This document shows, piece by piece, positions 13,681 through 25,500 of a DNA stretch of 64,000 nucleotides. The DNA is taken from assembly GCF_030684315.1 (NCBI RefSeq), contig NC_081377.1:44930017-44994016 (forward strand). Direction: 5' to 3'. Below the pieces are notes generated by a model, which was given only the letters and a program-made list of their open reading frames with translations, was not told the origin of the DNA and did not search any database. How positions within the stretch are numbered: position 1 is the first letter of the stretch; each line of letters begins with the position of its first letter. The position numbers and the translations under genes were made by a program. This stretch comes from Stegostoma tigrinum. Taxonomy: Eukaryota.

Positions 13681-16237
13681 GCAAGTCTAGAATTCAAGGA
13701 AGTTTGGGAAGGGGGGAGGTGTAATGTGGTTGTAGGCCTAGAAGAGGTTGCAGAGATTAAGGTCAATGTCATGGAGGGATCTGAAATTGAAATATTTCAT
13801 CTTTTTAAATGGAAGCCAACACACATCATGTGGAACAAGGGTGTTGTGTAATGGGAATTTATGCAAGTGAAGATACAAGCAAAAGATTTTGAATGAAATG
13901 GATGAGAAGCTAGCAAGACAAACACTGATGCAACTGAGTATGCAGGTATCAAAAGCATTGTTAAAACATTTCCACGGCAGATAGGTAGGGGCAGGGATTT
14001 TGATTAGTGATAGTATGGAGTTGCAAGTAGATGATCTCTGAGTCAGAATATGGAGTTAATATCTCGGTTCAGCTGTTCTGAGGTTCCGGTCACCCTCTTT
14101 CAGCCTAAAAAAGTGGCTAGGGAGGGAGATGGAACTGACAGCTAAGATGAGAGAAACCAAAGTCAAGTGGTTTGATCTTACAAAACACTTAATTATAGTA
14201 ATGCTGGATCTGTAATCCCCACACTAAAACCTAGTTTGGTTAGAACACTGACATTATCTCATATGGTATGAAGTGCAGGAAACAGTTTTCTGCATTTTTT
14301 TTCATGGGTGACAACTGTAATAGCATGAATTTGATTTGGTAATAATATATTAAGGCAAAAAAGTGCAGAGAAAACCATATCATTTCCTGAACTGAACAAA
14401 GTCTCCCATGATATTAAAAAAAGCCAAGTGAGCATGATCATCACGTAATAAATATGGACTCTACACTAATGAGCAACTTAGAATTAGTTTTATCATCACA
14501 CCTACTCAAGAACAGGGATACATGAGTACAGCAAAAAGTGTACAAAGTCACCAGTTCCAGCACCATCTTAGGTAGAAAGATGCCTAGGTACAAAATCTTA
14601 GGAATAAATTATAAAAATAAAGAAATACAGGTCAAGGTTCAGCATTATAGTCCTAAAGTTCTAAAGCAGGGAGTCCATGCTGGGAGTCCATCAAGTCTGC
14701 TCTGGGCTCATTGAAATTACTGAATGATGCAAAATAATGATGGAAAATAAAACAACAGGAGTAATGCAATCCAAGGAGAGTAAAAAACAAGCATCGGACA
14801 ATTATGAGAAAACAAGCAAAAACAGTGGAAGTTGACAACACAGTAACAACTGCCTTTTTAGAATTAAAAATAGAACATATGTAATGTATCCTGTTATTGA
14901 AAATAACACATTTGTGGGATATCTTATGCTTTGCAATCATAATTTCAAACATGATGTTTTAACAATAATTTATTTTTTCTCATAACAAGGACTAAAAAAA
15001 GCACACAACCTGTCCTATTCAATGGATTTTGACCTTAAAAAAAGTTTAATCCAACGTGAGAAGTAAAATAAGTGCTGCCTGCAGTGACTCTATAATGCCA
15101 GGTAGTGTTTGAATGAGAAATTGAATTGGTCAATCTGCAATCTTTTAAAGATAGAAAAAAATGTTATTGTTCAAAATGGTCAGAAATGTCCAAAAAATGT
15201 AATTCCAGACATCAAAGGTCTGACGTTTAGAAGGTCTATCTTTCTCTTTTCTTATGATGTTAATGCATGAGTAATTATGTGTTATAGATAAATTTGGACA
15301 AAATGCACTGATTGATAAACCGTCACACCACCCTACCTCCTCACTGCTCCCCCCCAACCCAAATATGGAAAATGACACATGATGTTCAGAGCATAACAGG
15401 AAATTCCGTATAAACCTAAGAGTGGACGAACAGGTAAGGCTAAAGGGTGCAAAAATAATAAGAAGTATTAAATGTTCTGTATCTGAATGCATGTAGTATC
15501 TACAAAACATGAATTCGCACTGCAAACAACGGGAGAAATTAAAGCACGAGAGAAAACTAACTAGTTATTAAAGTTTCTACTAGTATTTAAAAAGGAAAAC
15601 CATAAGTAAAGAGAATGTAGATCCTCTACAGAATAAGTCTGCAGGATTAATAATGGTTTAAAACTATGAGAGGTGATCTCTTTGGAATAAAAGGGGCTTG
15701 AGAGTGTAAATGTTGAGAGGATGTTTCACCTCATGGGAGGGTGTAGGACCAAAGGGCATAGTCTCAGAAATAAAAGGGGCACCAATTTACGACTGAGATG
15801 AAGGTTGTTTCCGAGGATAATCTTTGGAACTCCTTGCCTCAGACAGCTGTGGGGATAAAGAACTTGTGTATATTTAAAGTGGCGATAGATGCATTCTTAA
15901 CCAGTAAGGGAATCAAGCAGTAGGCAGAAAGGTTAGGAAAGTGGAAGTGAGGAATGATGAATCAACCATGATCCTATTGAATAGCACTGCAGGTACAACA
16001 AGATAAACATCCCACTCATATTTCTCATGAAATCTGCTTTCTCTCCCCACAGATACTGCCAGGCATACTGAGTTTCTCCAGTAATTTGTTTTTGTTTGCG
16101 ATCTTCAGCCCCTTCTGTTCTTTGTTTTATTTCCCCAGAGTCTGGGATGGAAGAGGTTGGATTATTTGTTATTGTCACGTGAACCAGCTGCTGTAAAAAG
16201 TATTATTCTGTGGGCTATTTAGGCAGATCATTTCATA

Positions 16238-17598
16238 CTGGCAGATAGTAACTAGTGAAGTGCCCACAGATATTTTGTTTCCTCATCCAAATCATTAATA
16301 TGCTTTGTGAATAGGGACCCCAGCTATTCACAAAGCATATTAATGATGAGGAAACAAAATGTAACAGTGGGCGGCATGGTAGCACAGTGGTTAGCACTGC
16401 AGCCTCACAGCACCAGGGACCCGGGTTCGATTCTAGCCTCAGGTAACTGTCTGTGTGGAGTTTGCATATTGTCCCCGTGTCTGCGTGGGTTTCCTCAGGG
16501 TGCTCCAGTTTCCTCCCACAGTCCAAAGATGTGCAGGCTAGGTGGATCGGCCAAACTAAATTGCCCGTGGTGTTCAAGGGTGTGTGGGTTATAGGGGGAT
16601 GGATCTGGGTGGGATGTTCCAAGGGGCGGTGTGCACTTGTTGGACCGAAAGGCCTGTTTCCACACTGTAGGGAATCTATCTAATCTAAACAGCGCCAAGT
16701 TTTCAGATGATACCAAGTTGGGTGGGAGGGTGAACTGTGACGAGGATGCAGAGATCCTTCAGCATGTCGTCATTAGGTTGAGTGCGTGCGCAAATCAATG
16801 GTAGATGCATTATAATTTGGATAAATCTGAGGTTATTCACGTTGGAAGCAAAAACAAGAAAGCAGATTATTACCAGAATGGCTGTAAATTGGGAGAGGGG
16901 AGCGTGCAACAGGACCTGGGTGTCCTTGTGCACCAGTCACTGAAGATAAGCATGCAGGTGCAGCAGTATGTAAAGAAGACAATTGGTATGTTGGCCTTCA
17001 TTACAAGAAGTTTCCAGTACAGGAGCAGGGTTATATTGTTGCGCTTGTACAGGGCCTTGGTGAGGCCACACCTAGAATATTTTGTGCAGTTTTGGTCTCC
17101 TTTTCTGAGGGAGAGTTTTCTTGCTCTCAAGGGAGCGCAGCGAAGGTTTACCAGGCTGATTCCAGGGACTGCGAGTCTGCCGAATGAGAACAGATTGACA
17201 AAGTTGGAATTGTTTTCGCCAGAGTTCACACAAGTGAGGGGGGGGATCTCACTGAGACTTAGAAAATTTCTAACAGGGTTGGTGGGCATGTCCAGAACGA
17301 GGTGTCACAGTCTGAGGACTGGGGGTAGATGTTTAGGACTGAGATGAGGAGACATTACTTCACCCAAAGAGTGGTGATCCTGTGGAACTCACTGCCAAAG
17401 GAAGGAGCTGATCCCAAACATTGGACATATTCAAGAGGCATCTAGACGTAGCACATGGAGTGAATGGGATCAAAGGTTTGGGGGATAAAGCAGGATTAGG
17501 CTATTGAGTTGGATGATCAGCATTGATCATGATGAATGGTGGAGCAGGCTCAAAGGCTGAATGGCCTCCTCCTTTTCCTATCTTCCATGTTTCTATGT
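16238..17598 (+). mobile_element. CR1 3' half inserted in the Rex-type LINE
   Basis: ORF 16805-17347 ...QDLGVLVHQSLK...LYRALVRPHLEYFVQFWSP; tail TTCCATGTTTCTATG. Confidence 0.88.
16369..16688 (+). mobile_element. HE1-like V-SINE inserted in CR1
   Basis: GGGCGGCATGGTAGCACAGTGGTTAGC start, B box GGTTCGATTC, ATCTA tail, AACAG on both flanks. Confidence 0.9.
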
Positions 17599-17877
17599 TT
17601 ACCATACATAAATACATCAGGTCATAGCACAGAATACAGTGTTACAACAATACAGAAGGTGCAAGAGAGAACAACATTAATATTACAGTGGCCCATTCAT
17701 GTCTGATAACAGCGGGGAAGAAGCTGTTCTTAAATCTTTGATATATGCTTTAAAACTTTTTATCTTCTGCCAAAGGAAGAGGGTGAAAGAGTATATAACT
17801 GGGCTGAGAGGTGTCTTTGATTACATTGACAGCCTTCCTGACGCAGCGGGGTGTATACAGAGTCAACAGATGGAAGA

Positions 17878-18880
17878 GAGATAACAAAGTGTGGGGCTGG
17901 ATGAACACAGCAGGCCAAGCAGCATCTTAGGAGCACAAAAGCTCATGTTTCGGGCCTAGACCCTTCATCAGAAAAGGGGAATGGACAGAGGGTTCTGAAA
18001 TGAATAGGGAGAGGGGGGGAAGCAGACTGAAGATGGATAGAGGAGAAGATAGGTGGAGAGGAGAGTATAGGTGGGGAGGTAGTGAGGGAATAGGTCAGTT
18101 CAGGGAGAAAGGACAGGTCAAGGGGGCGGGATGAGGTTAGGAAGTAGGAAATGGAGGTGCTGCTTGAGGTGGGAGGAGGGGATAGGTGAGAGGAAGAACA
18201 GATTAGGCAGATGGAGACGGGCTGGGCTGGTTTTGGGACGCAGTGGAGCAAGGGGAGATTTTGAAACTGGCGAAATCCACATTGATACCATTGGGCTGCA
18301 GGGTTCCCAAGTGGAAAATGAGTTGCTGTTCCTGCAACCTTCGGGTGGCATCAGGAACAGCAACGCATATTACGCTTGGGAACCCTGCAGCCCAATGGTA
18401 TCAATGTGGATTTCACAAGCTTCAAAATCTCCCCTCCCGCCATTGCATCCCAAAACCAGTCCAGCTCGTCCCCGCCTCCCTAACTTGTTCTTCCTCTCAC
18501 CTATCCCCTCCTCCCACCTCAAGCCACATTTCCATTCCCTACCTCCTAACCTCATCCCGTCCCCGTGACCTGTCCGTCCTCCCCGAGTGGACCTATCCCC
18601 TCCCTACCTCCCCATCTGCACTCACCTCTACTGGCTCCATCCCCGCCCCTTTAACTTGTCTGTCTCCTCTCCACCTATCTTCTCCTCCATCCACCTTCAA
18701 TCCGCCTCCCCCTCTCCCTATTTACTTCAGAACCCTCTCCCCATCCCCCTTTCTGATGAAGGGTCTCAGCCCGAAATGTCAGCTTTTGTGCTCCTAAGAT
18801 GCTGCTTGGCCTGCTGTGTTCATCCAGCCCCACACTTTGTCATTTCAAATTCTCCAGCATCTGCAGTTCCCATTATCTCT
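17878..18880. mobile_element. Inverted pair of Penelope 3' ends (about 0.5-kb arms)
   Basis: 17878-18352 (-) and 18353-18880 (+) are diverged reverse complements. Confidence 0.88.
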
Positions 18881-21800
18881 GATAGCGTGTCAACGGATGG
18901 AAGGCTGGTTTATGTGATGGACTGGGCTGCATTCACAACGCTGTAATTTTTGCCGTCTCAGGAAGAGCAGTTGCAAGACTGAAAGGATGCTTTCTATTGT
19001 ACATCTATTAAAAATTAAGAGTCCTTTTGGACTTTACGAATTTCCTTGGCTTTCTGAGGGTGTACAAGCATTGTGGTGCTTTCTTGGTCATAGCAGGAAG
19101 ATTGTTGGTGATTGCTACTCGAACATCTCCAACTCAGCACTATTGATATAGACAGGGAAGTATCCTCCACTACACTTCCTGAAATCAATAACCAGCTCTT
19201 TCTTTCGCCAACAGTGAAGGCCAGATTGTTACCCTTACACCATGTCACTGAATACTTTCTTTCCTGTACTCTGTCTCATCGTTGTTTTGAGATCCAAAAC
19301 AAAATGGTGGTGTTGTCAGCAAACTTGTAAACTGAGTTATGTGGAAATTGTACACACAGTCATGTGTGTACAAACAGTATTATAAGGGGCTGAGCATGCA
19401 GCTTTGTGGGGCACTGGTGTTAACGATTATGGTGGAGAAGGTGTTGTTGCCTATCCTTACTGATCGTGGTGTATGGATCAAGAAGTTGGGGATCCAGTTA
19501 CAGAGGACAGAGCAAAGTCCTAGGTCTCAGAGTTTGGAGGTCAGTTTAATTGGAATTATGGTGTTGAAGGTGGAGCTGTAGTCAATAAGTCTGACATAAT
19601 TATCCCGATGTTCAAGGGGTGAGTGTAGGGCTAGAGAGATGGCGTCTGCCGTGGACCTGTTGTGACAGTAGGTGAACTGTAAAGGATCAAGACAGGCTGG
19701 GAGGCTGGGGTTGATGTGAGCCTTGACTAAACTCTCAAAGCACTTCATAATTAAGGATGTCAGAGCCACTGGATGGTAGTCATTGAGGCACGATGCTTGA
19801 TTTTCCTTTGGCATCGAGACAATAGTGGTCTTCTTGAAGCAATTGGGGACTTCAGATTGGAGCAAGGAGAGGTTAAAGATGTCAGCAAATACTCCAGCAA
19901 GCTGGTCTGCGCAGGATCCAAGTGCACGGCCAGGGATTCCATCCGGGCCAGTCACTTTCCGTGGGTTCACTCTTAGAAAGGCTGATCTAACATCTGCAAC
20001 GGTGATTGTGGGTACAGGTGCACTCCAGACTATCGGAGCAGGGGACATCGTTTCACTGACCTTCTGTTCGGAACAAGCATAGAATGCATTAAGCTCATCG
20101 GAGAGTGATGTATTGCTGCCAGCAGTTCTACTTGATTCTTTGTAGCCCATTATGTCACATAAGCCTTGCCACAAATGAGAACTGCTTGCATGGTTAGTCT
20201 GGGACTCTAGCTTATTCTGGTGCTGTCTCTTGGCATCTCTGATGGCTTTACGAAGGTCGTACCTGGATTTCTTGTATAGGTCAGGGTCACCCGACTTGAA
20301 TGCCTCAGACCTGGACTTGAGGAGGGAGTGAATCTCCCAGTTCATCCATGGTTTCTGGTTGGGGAACACTCGGATTAACTTCTTTGGCACGCAGTCTTCT
20401 ACACACTTACTGATGAAGTCTGTAACAGTAGTGGCATACTCATTTAAGTTGGCTGCTGAGTTCTTGAATACGGACCAGTCCACCGACTCGAAGCAGTCAC
20501 GTAGGAGCTTGTCCGTCTCTTCAGACCAGCACTGTACGACTCTCTGTACTGGGTTTTCCCGCTTCAGTTTCTGCTTGTAAGCTGGGAGAAGGAACACAGC
20601 GTTACGGTCTGAGTTTCCAAAATGTGGGCGAGGTATGGAGCAGTAGGCATCTTTGACAGTTGTGTAGCAATGGTCAAGAATGTTTGCACCTCTGGTGGGA
20701 CAGGAGACGTGTTGATGGTATTTTGGTAGAACACTTTTGAGGTTGGCCTGGTTGAAGTCACCAGCTATGATGAACAAGGCCTCAGGGTATTTCATCTCGA
20801 ATCTATTTGTAACTGTGTATATTTCATCAAGTGCACTCTTCATTTCTGCATGGGGTGGGATGTAAACTACTGTCAGAATAACACAGGTGAACTCCCGCGG
20901 CAGGTAATAGGGACGGCACTTCAACATTAAATATTCTAGGTCCTGGGAGCAGTAACTTAGCAGGGTGGCCACATCTGAGCACCAAGAGTTATTGATTAGG
21001 AGGCAGACCCCTCCATCCCTTGCCCTACCCAAGGACACTGTGCAGTCCATCCGATGAATTGAGAAGCCCTCAGGCTGTAAGGCATTGTCAGGTGTAGTGG
21101 GAGTGAGCCATGTCTCTGTAAAACAAAGCACACAGCAATCTCTCAATTCCCTCTGATAGGTGAGTCTAGTTTTAAGTTCATCTAGCTTGTTTTCGATAGC
21201 TTGGACATTTGCCAGGAATATGCTGGGGAGGGAGGACTTGAAACCACGTTGTTTCAGTCTCACCTGTAGGCCAGCACGTCTCCCCCTTTTCCTGGGTTGG
21301 TGGCTGCTTCTGGTTGGGCCCTGGAATTGGTTGGGGCCGTGAGCCACTACAGGAGATAAGTGAGTGCATCTAGTCAGATCCTGGGAACTGGTCACAGCCT
21401 CGAGTGCTTCAGGCGGTCCTATAGTCTGTCTGGTCAGGTCTCTTCGATGTCGGGTCTCTGCGAGGTCAGGTCTTGTCCCCGGACAGGTCAGGTTCCCTTG
21501 ATGTCGGACCGTTAGGTCAGGTGTCGTTCTCGGGCTGGAAGGGCCTCGATGTCGTTGCACCACGCGGCCAAGTTGGTTGGACCTTTGAGAAACTGGTAAG
21601 GGTCTGGTCCCTCGGGTCTCCGTGAGGTCAGTTCTTGTTCCCAGACCAGCCAGGCCTTGCTGCTGGTTATCCATGTGGTCAGGTAGGTCAGGCCTGTGAG
21701 AAGCTAGTAAATGTCTGGTCCGTCTGGGTTTGTGGTCGCAATTCCAAAGTCGGCTGCCAGGCCCCTTCGGTTGAAGAATCTCCAGACCTAAAAGTAGATT

Positions 21801-22065
21801 TCACAGAACACCTGTTAGTAATTCTGACAGACTTAGAATTGAGGTTGAAAAAGAAGAGAACTATTACAACGGATGTAACGATAAAATCAGTCATCAAACC
21901 ATAAGGGGAGAGGGGAGATTTAAGATGTACAATCGTTGAAGCTCCAGCATGGAGTCAAAGTGTAACTTCTATCAGGTGGCTGCCTGGCAATACTCCTTCT
22001 AAGCCTTTCCGATACTCAGCTCACATTTATAAACCAATAATGAAACGAACTGGCATATAAAAACT

Positions 22066-22195
22066 AACAGAACTGTGGATGCTGTAAATCAGAAACAAAA
22101 ATAGAAGTTCCCAGAAAGGATCAGCAGGTCTGGCAACATCTGTGGTGAGAAATCAGAGTTAATGTTTCGGGTTGGGTGACCCTTCCTCAGAACAC
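22066..22195. mobile_element. Second Penelope-end-like short repeat family (also about 16030-16140, 29760-29900, 40850-41030, 48180-48225, 53275-53450)
   Basis: Shared GAACTGTGGATGCTG..AGCAGGTCTGGCAGCATCTGTG motif; several copies are palindromic. Confidence 0.65.
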
Positions 22196-22739
22196 AATTG
22201 GGACTACTGCCGCCCAAAAAGAGGAGTAAACGTCAAATTGGAATCACTAGTTTGGATCAACCTCTGCTTAATGTTGCCTGTAAGAGCTATGGGCCCAGAA
22301 CTATGAGCGGCTCCAGCTCACACACCGCAACAGTGAAACCCTGAACCAAGACCCCAGCCAATATCCAGCAGCATCTGGAAGATCAACAGATGAGGAAGAG
22401 AAATAAATCACAACTGGTCACTGAGAAGGCAGTGGAAACGATGGGACTTCTAAACCAAAACTACCCTCTACTGCAGTCACATCATGCAATTTTACAGAAA
22501 TCCAAGATGGCGCCGGAGATCAGCGACGAACACGCAAAACACTACTTTTCACTGTATTACAGCACAGGTGACTGTAATAAATCTAATCTTAAGAGCTGCT
22601 GGAGAACAGCTCACAAAGAATCGCTCACTCTAGCGTCATCTTTAAAGCAGGTTGAAGATGTGTTTGTTGAAGGGGATAAAGGTGAAGAGGGCCGAGGTAA
22701 ATCGAAGACCAGTTACCGTGCTCCCTCAGACACTCAGCC

Positions 22740-23280
22740 ATGTCTGGCGTTCTCACCAAATGGCGGCCGCGCCGTCCAGGTGCCTGCACCAAGATGGTGC
22801 CGGTGAGCCGCGCCGCCATTGGTCAACGTGTCCTTGTGATGCGGTTTCTAGTGGGTTCTATGGGCGGAGCCAGGCTCCGCGCCTGCGCACTCGCCACTTG
22901 GCGACGCAGTTCGCCTCTTTCTCTCGGTGCCGCCACCGCAGCCGCCATGTCTCGGTACGCTCGCCCGCCCAACAGCTCCCTCTTCGTTAGGAATGTCGGC
23001 GATTGCACCAGGTGAGATAGTGCGATGAGAAAGCTAAGCAAGGGAAGGCCGAATTCGGTTTTTTTAATTGTTTTGGTTGTTGCTCCCTTTACTCGAGCGC
23101 GGGGTCTTGCCCTCTGCGTGAAGGCCGCGGGCCTCGGCCTCTATCTCTGACAGACAGCCCGCCAGCCTCTAGTGATATGGGGAGACGGAGCCCGCGGCGA
23201 CTTCGACCTGCCAGGCTCTTTGATTTCTCCTACCTTCGTCGCAGTTAGGAAAATTCCGCGAAACCGGGGAATCCGAGAGT
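22740..23280. promoter_or_regulatory. CpG-island promoter of SRSF10
   Basis: CpG-dense block around exon 1; YY1-like AAATGGCGGC (about 22758), AAGATGGTGC (22791) and GCCGCCAT (22812); GGGCGG GC-box (22862); NRF1-like GCGCCTGCGCA (22878). Confidence 0.8.
22947..23011 (+). CDS. SRSF10: SRSF10 coding exon 1 (MSRYARPPNSSLFVRNVGDCTR)
   Basis: GCCGCCATG Kozak context; matches the SRSF10/12 N-terminus MSRYxRPPNxSLFVRNV; 65 nt followed by donor AG|GTGAGA at 23012. Confidence 0.95.
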
Positions 23281-24904
23281 AGCTCTTTATCCAGTGACTG
23301 CTTAGTCTAGTCTAGATCTTTCCCGCTTTTGGGATTAGTAACTAGGTCACCTAAACTGCTGAAGATATTCCTTAATGTGGTTTATGTTGGCTTCAACTAA
23401 CGTGGGTCTGTTTAGGCCACACTTTTCTAAAAGCCTCCGGGTTCAACATTTGGGGGATTACAAGTAAAAAGCAAGGAAATTGTAGACGCTTATAGAAGAA
23501 ATACTTAAAGGCGGCAACTTGTATTTTCATAGCGCATTCAATGTGCCCGAATAAAGTTGTTTCGTTATTAGGATTACAAATCGAAATCTGACACCGCGCC
23601 ACTTTTCAGAGATGTTACGGCAGATGACCAAAAGCTTGATTAATGAAGTGGATTTTAAGGACTATCGCTTTCTCTTAGAAAGCAAAGTGAGACAGGGAGA
23701 GAGGAACTCTGGAGTTTAGGAATGAGGCTAGAACATGTCCGCCAATGCTGGAGCAAAATCAATTGGGGATGGGGAAGAGGCCAAGATTAGAAGAGTGCAG
23801 ACATCTTGCATGGTTGCGGAGTTAGAAGAGATTGAAGAAGGGGGTGAATCTGAGGTGGAATTCAGCGTAATGAGAATTTTTACAACTGAGCCATTTGTTT
23901 AGTAGGAGTTGTTGTCGGTCATCGAGTACAGTTAGCGGGACTTTCTGGGGGTTAAGGACACAGATGATCTAAAATTTGCACTGTAGAATGTGGAAGGCCA
24001 GCCAGAAGTGTGTTAGAACAATCGGGTGTAAATGTACCAAAGGAATGGACAAAGGATAGTTTTTGATGAGATATTTTGAAAAGTTATGATTTTTATGTTG
24101 AACAGTCAGTTGCATTCAATCTTGCTTATTTATTGTGTTGTGTACTCTGGACAGATTTTTTCCATCAAAAAATTTGTGCTTGCACTATATGTAAACACCC
24201 TTGGCCTATAGATTATTATCCATGCAAAAGTTACTAAGAGGCTGTTGAAAAATTAATCTGCTGTGCTTCATGGGTTTTAAGAATAGTGAGTGCTTGGTTT
24301 ATGATTTTTCTTTTGTAATGTTCTTGAAAGTAAACAGTTTGTGCTTGAAGTTTTTACTTTATTAGAAATTTAATGCAATAAGGTGAGTGAATTTGCTGAA
24401 GGTATCAACCCATGGAAGGAGGGATGGAATACATTTTTAGGCTTCTGATTGAGGTGTTATTGATTATTAAGATGGCGTTCTAGCATTTGATTATTTTTTA
24501 AATGTTGGATTTTGGGTAATGTTGATTCTTTAAGTACCACACAAGTTTTTCTGTTCAGTCACAAAACTGAAGCATACATCACTAATTATTGAGCGAGTAA
24601 GAGCCTGTGAAGTTTTCCCTACCTCAGAACTGAGTTATTGAAATTATTTGCACCTAAAGATAAGTGAATTTGCATTAATTTGAGATGTTAGAAAACACTC
24701 TTAAATGCAGTGTGTGCGTAAATGAATAACTAGTGCTGTAAAGTTGGCAAGACATGGAAAAGTTGTTGAGAGAGAATGGTTATAAACCAATGTGCATTCA
24801 TCTATTAAATAACTTACAATAACTGAGGTTGGATTGTCTTTGCAATTTGTAGCAATATTGTATGTATTCCAGTGCATCAAGTTAAATATATCTGAAGTCC
24901 AGTG

Positions 24905-25500
24905 CCAGTGAACTTTTTAAGGTCATGTGGAGGTTGTAGAGGACATAACTGAGGCCTCTTCTGGAGTAGTGTGTCCACTTCTGGTAGCCCTGCCACTCGA
25001 ATAATATTATTAAATTGGACAGGGTCCGGAAAAGGTTTGCAGGATGTTGGTGTAAATGAGGGGTTTGACTTAAAAGCTGGGATTTTTCTTTCTCTCTCTC
25101 TCGCTCTCTCTTCTCCTCTTCTTCTCTACCCCCCCCCCAGCCCGAGTTTGAGATTGAGGAGTGACCTAAAGATTTATAAAATCATGAGGGGCATAGATAC
25201 AGTGAATGGCAAGGGCCTTTTACCTAGATGGGGGGGATTCAAACCAGGGGGCACATTTTTAAGGTGAGAATGTTTTAAAAAGGACATGAGGGGGGCAACT
25301 TTTTTTTAACTTAGTGATTCATGTGTGCAACGAAGTGGTAGATGCAGGTACAGTTACGACATTTAAAAGACATTTAAATGAGTACATGAATAGGGAAGGT
25401 TTGGAGGGTACTGGGCCAAATGCAGGCAAGTGGAGCAAGTTTACTTTAGGTATGGATTAGTTGAACAGAAGCATCTATCTCTGTGCCGTATGATTATGAC
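24905..25500 (+). mobile_element. CR1 3' fragment in SRSF10 intron 1
   Basis: LRSDLKIYKIMRGID-like translation and CR1 tail. Confidence 0.75.

Larger units (their letters stand above)
16160..21800 (-). mobile_element. Near full-length Rex1/Babar-type LINE (APE endonuclease + RT) carrying nested insertions
   Basis: ORF 19527-21674 (715 aa): LPSIFLANVQAIENKLDEL, CFTETWL, IAGDFNQ, LDHCYT, GPDGIPGR, DYHPVALTS, LDPLQF; frameshifted remainder to about 18881; resumes at 17600-17877; GTGACAATAA tail at about 16165-16237. Clade assignment is by motif recall. Confidence 0.82.

Noticed and set aside
14690-15440. Purine-rich exon-like stretches, with CAG|GTAAGG at about 15433
   Set aside because: All frames contain stops and nothing resembles a known neighbouring gene; support is insufficient.
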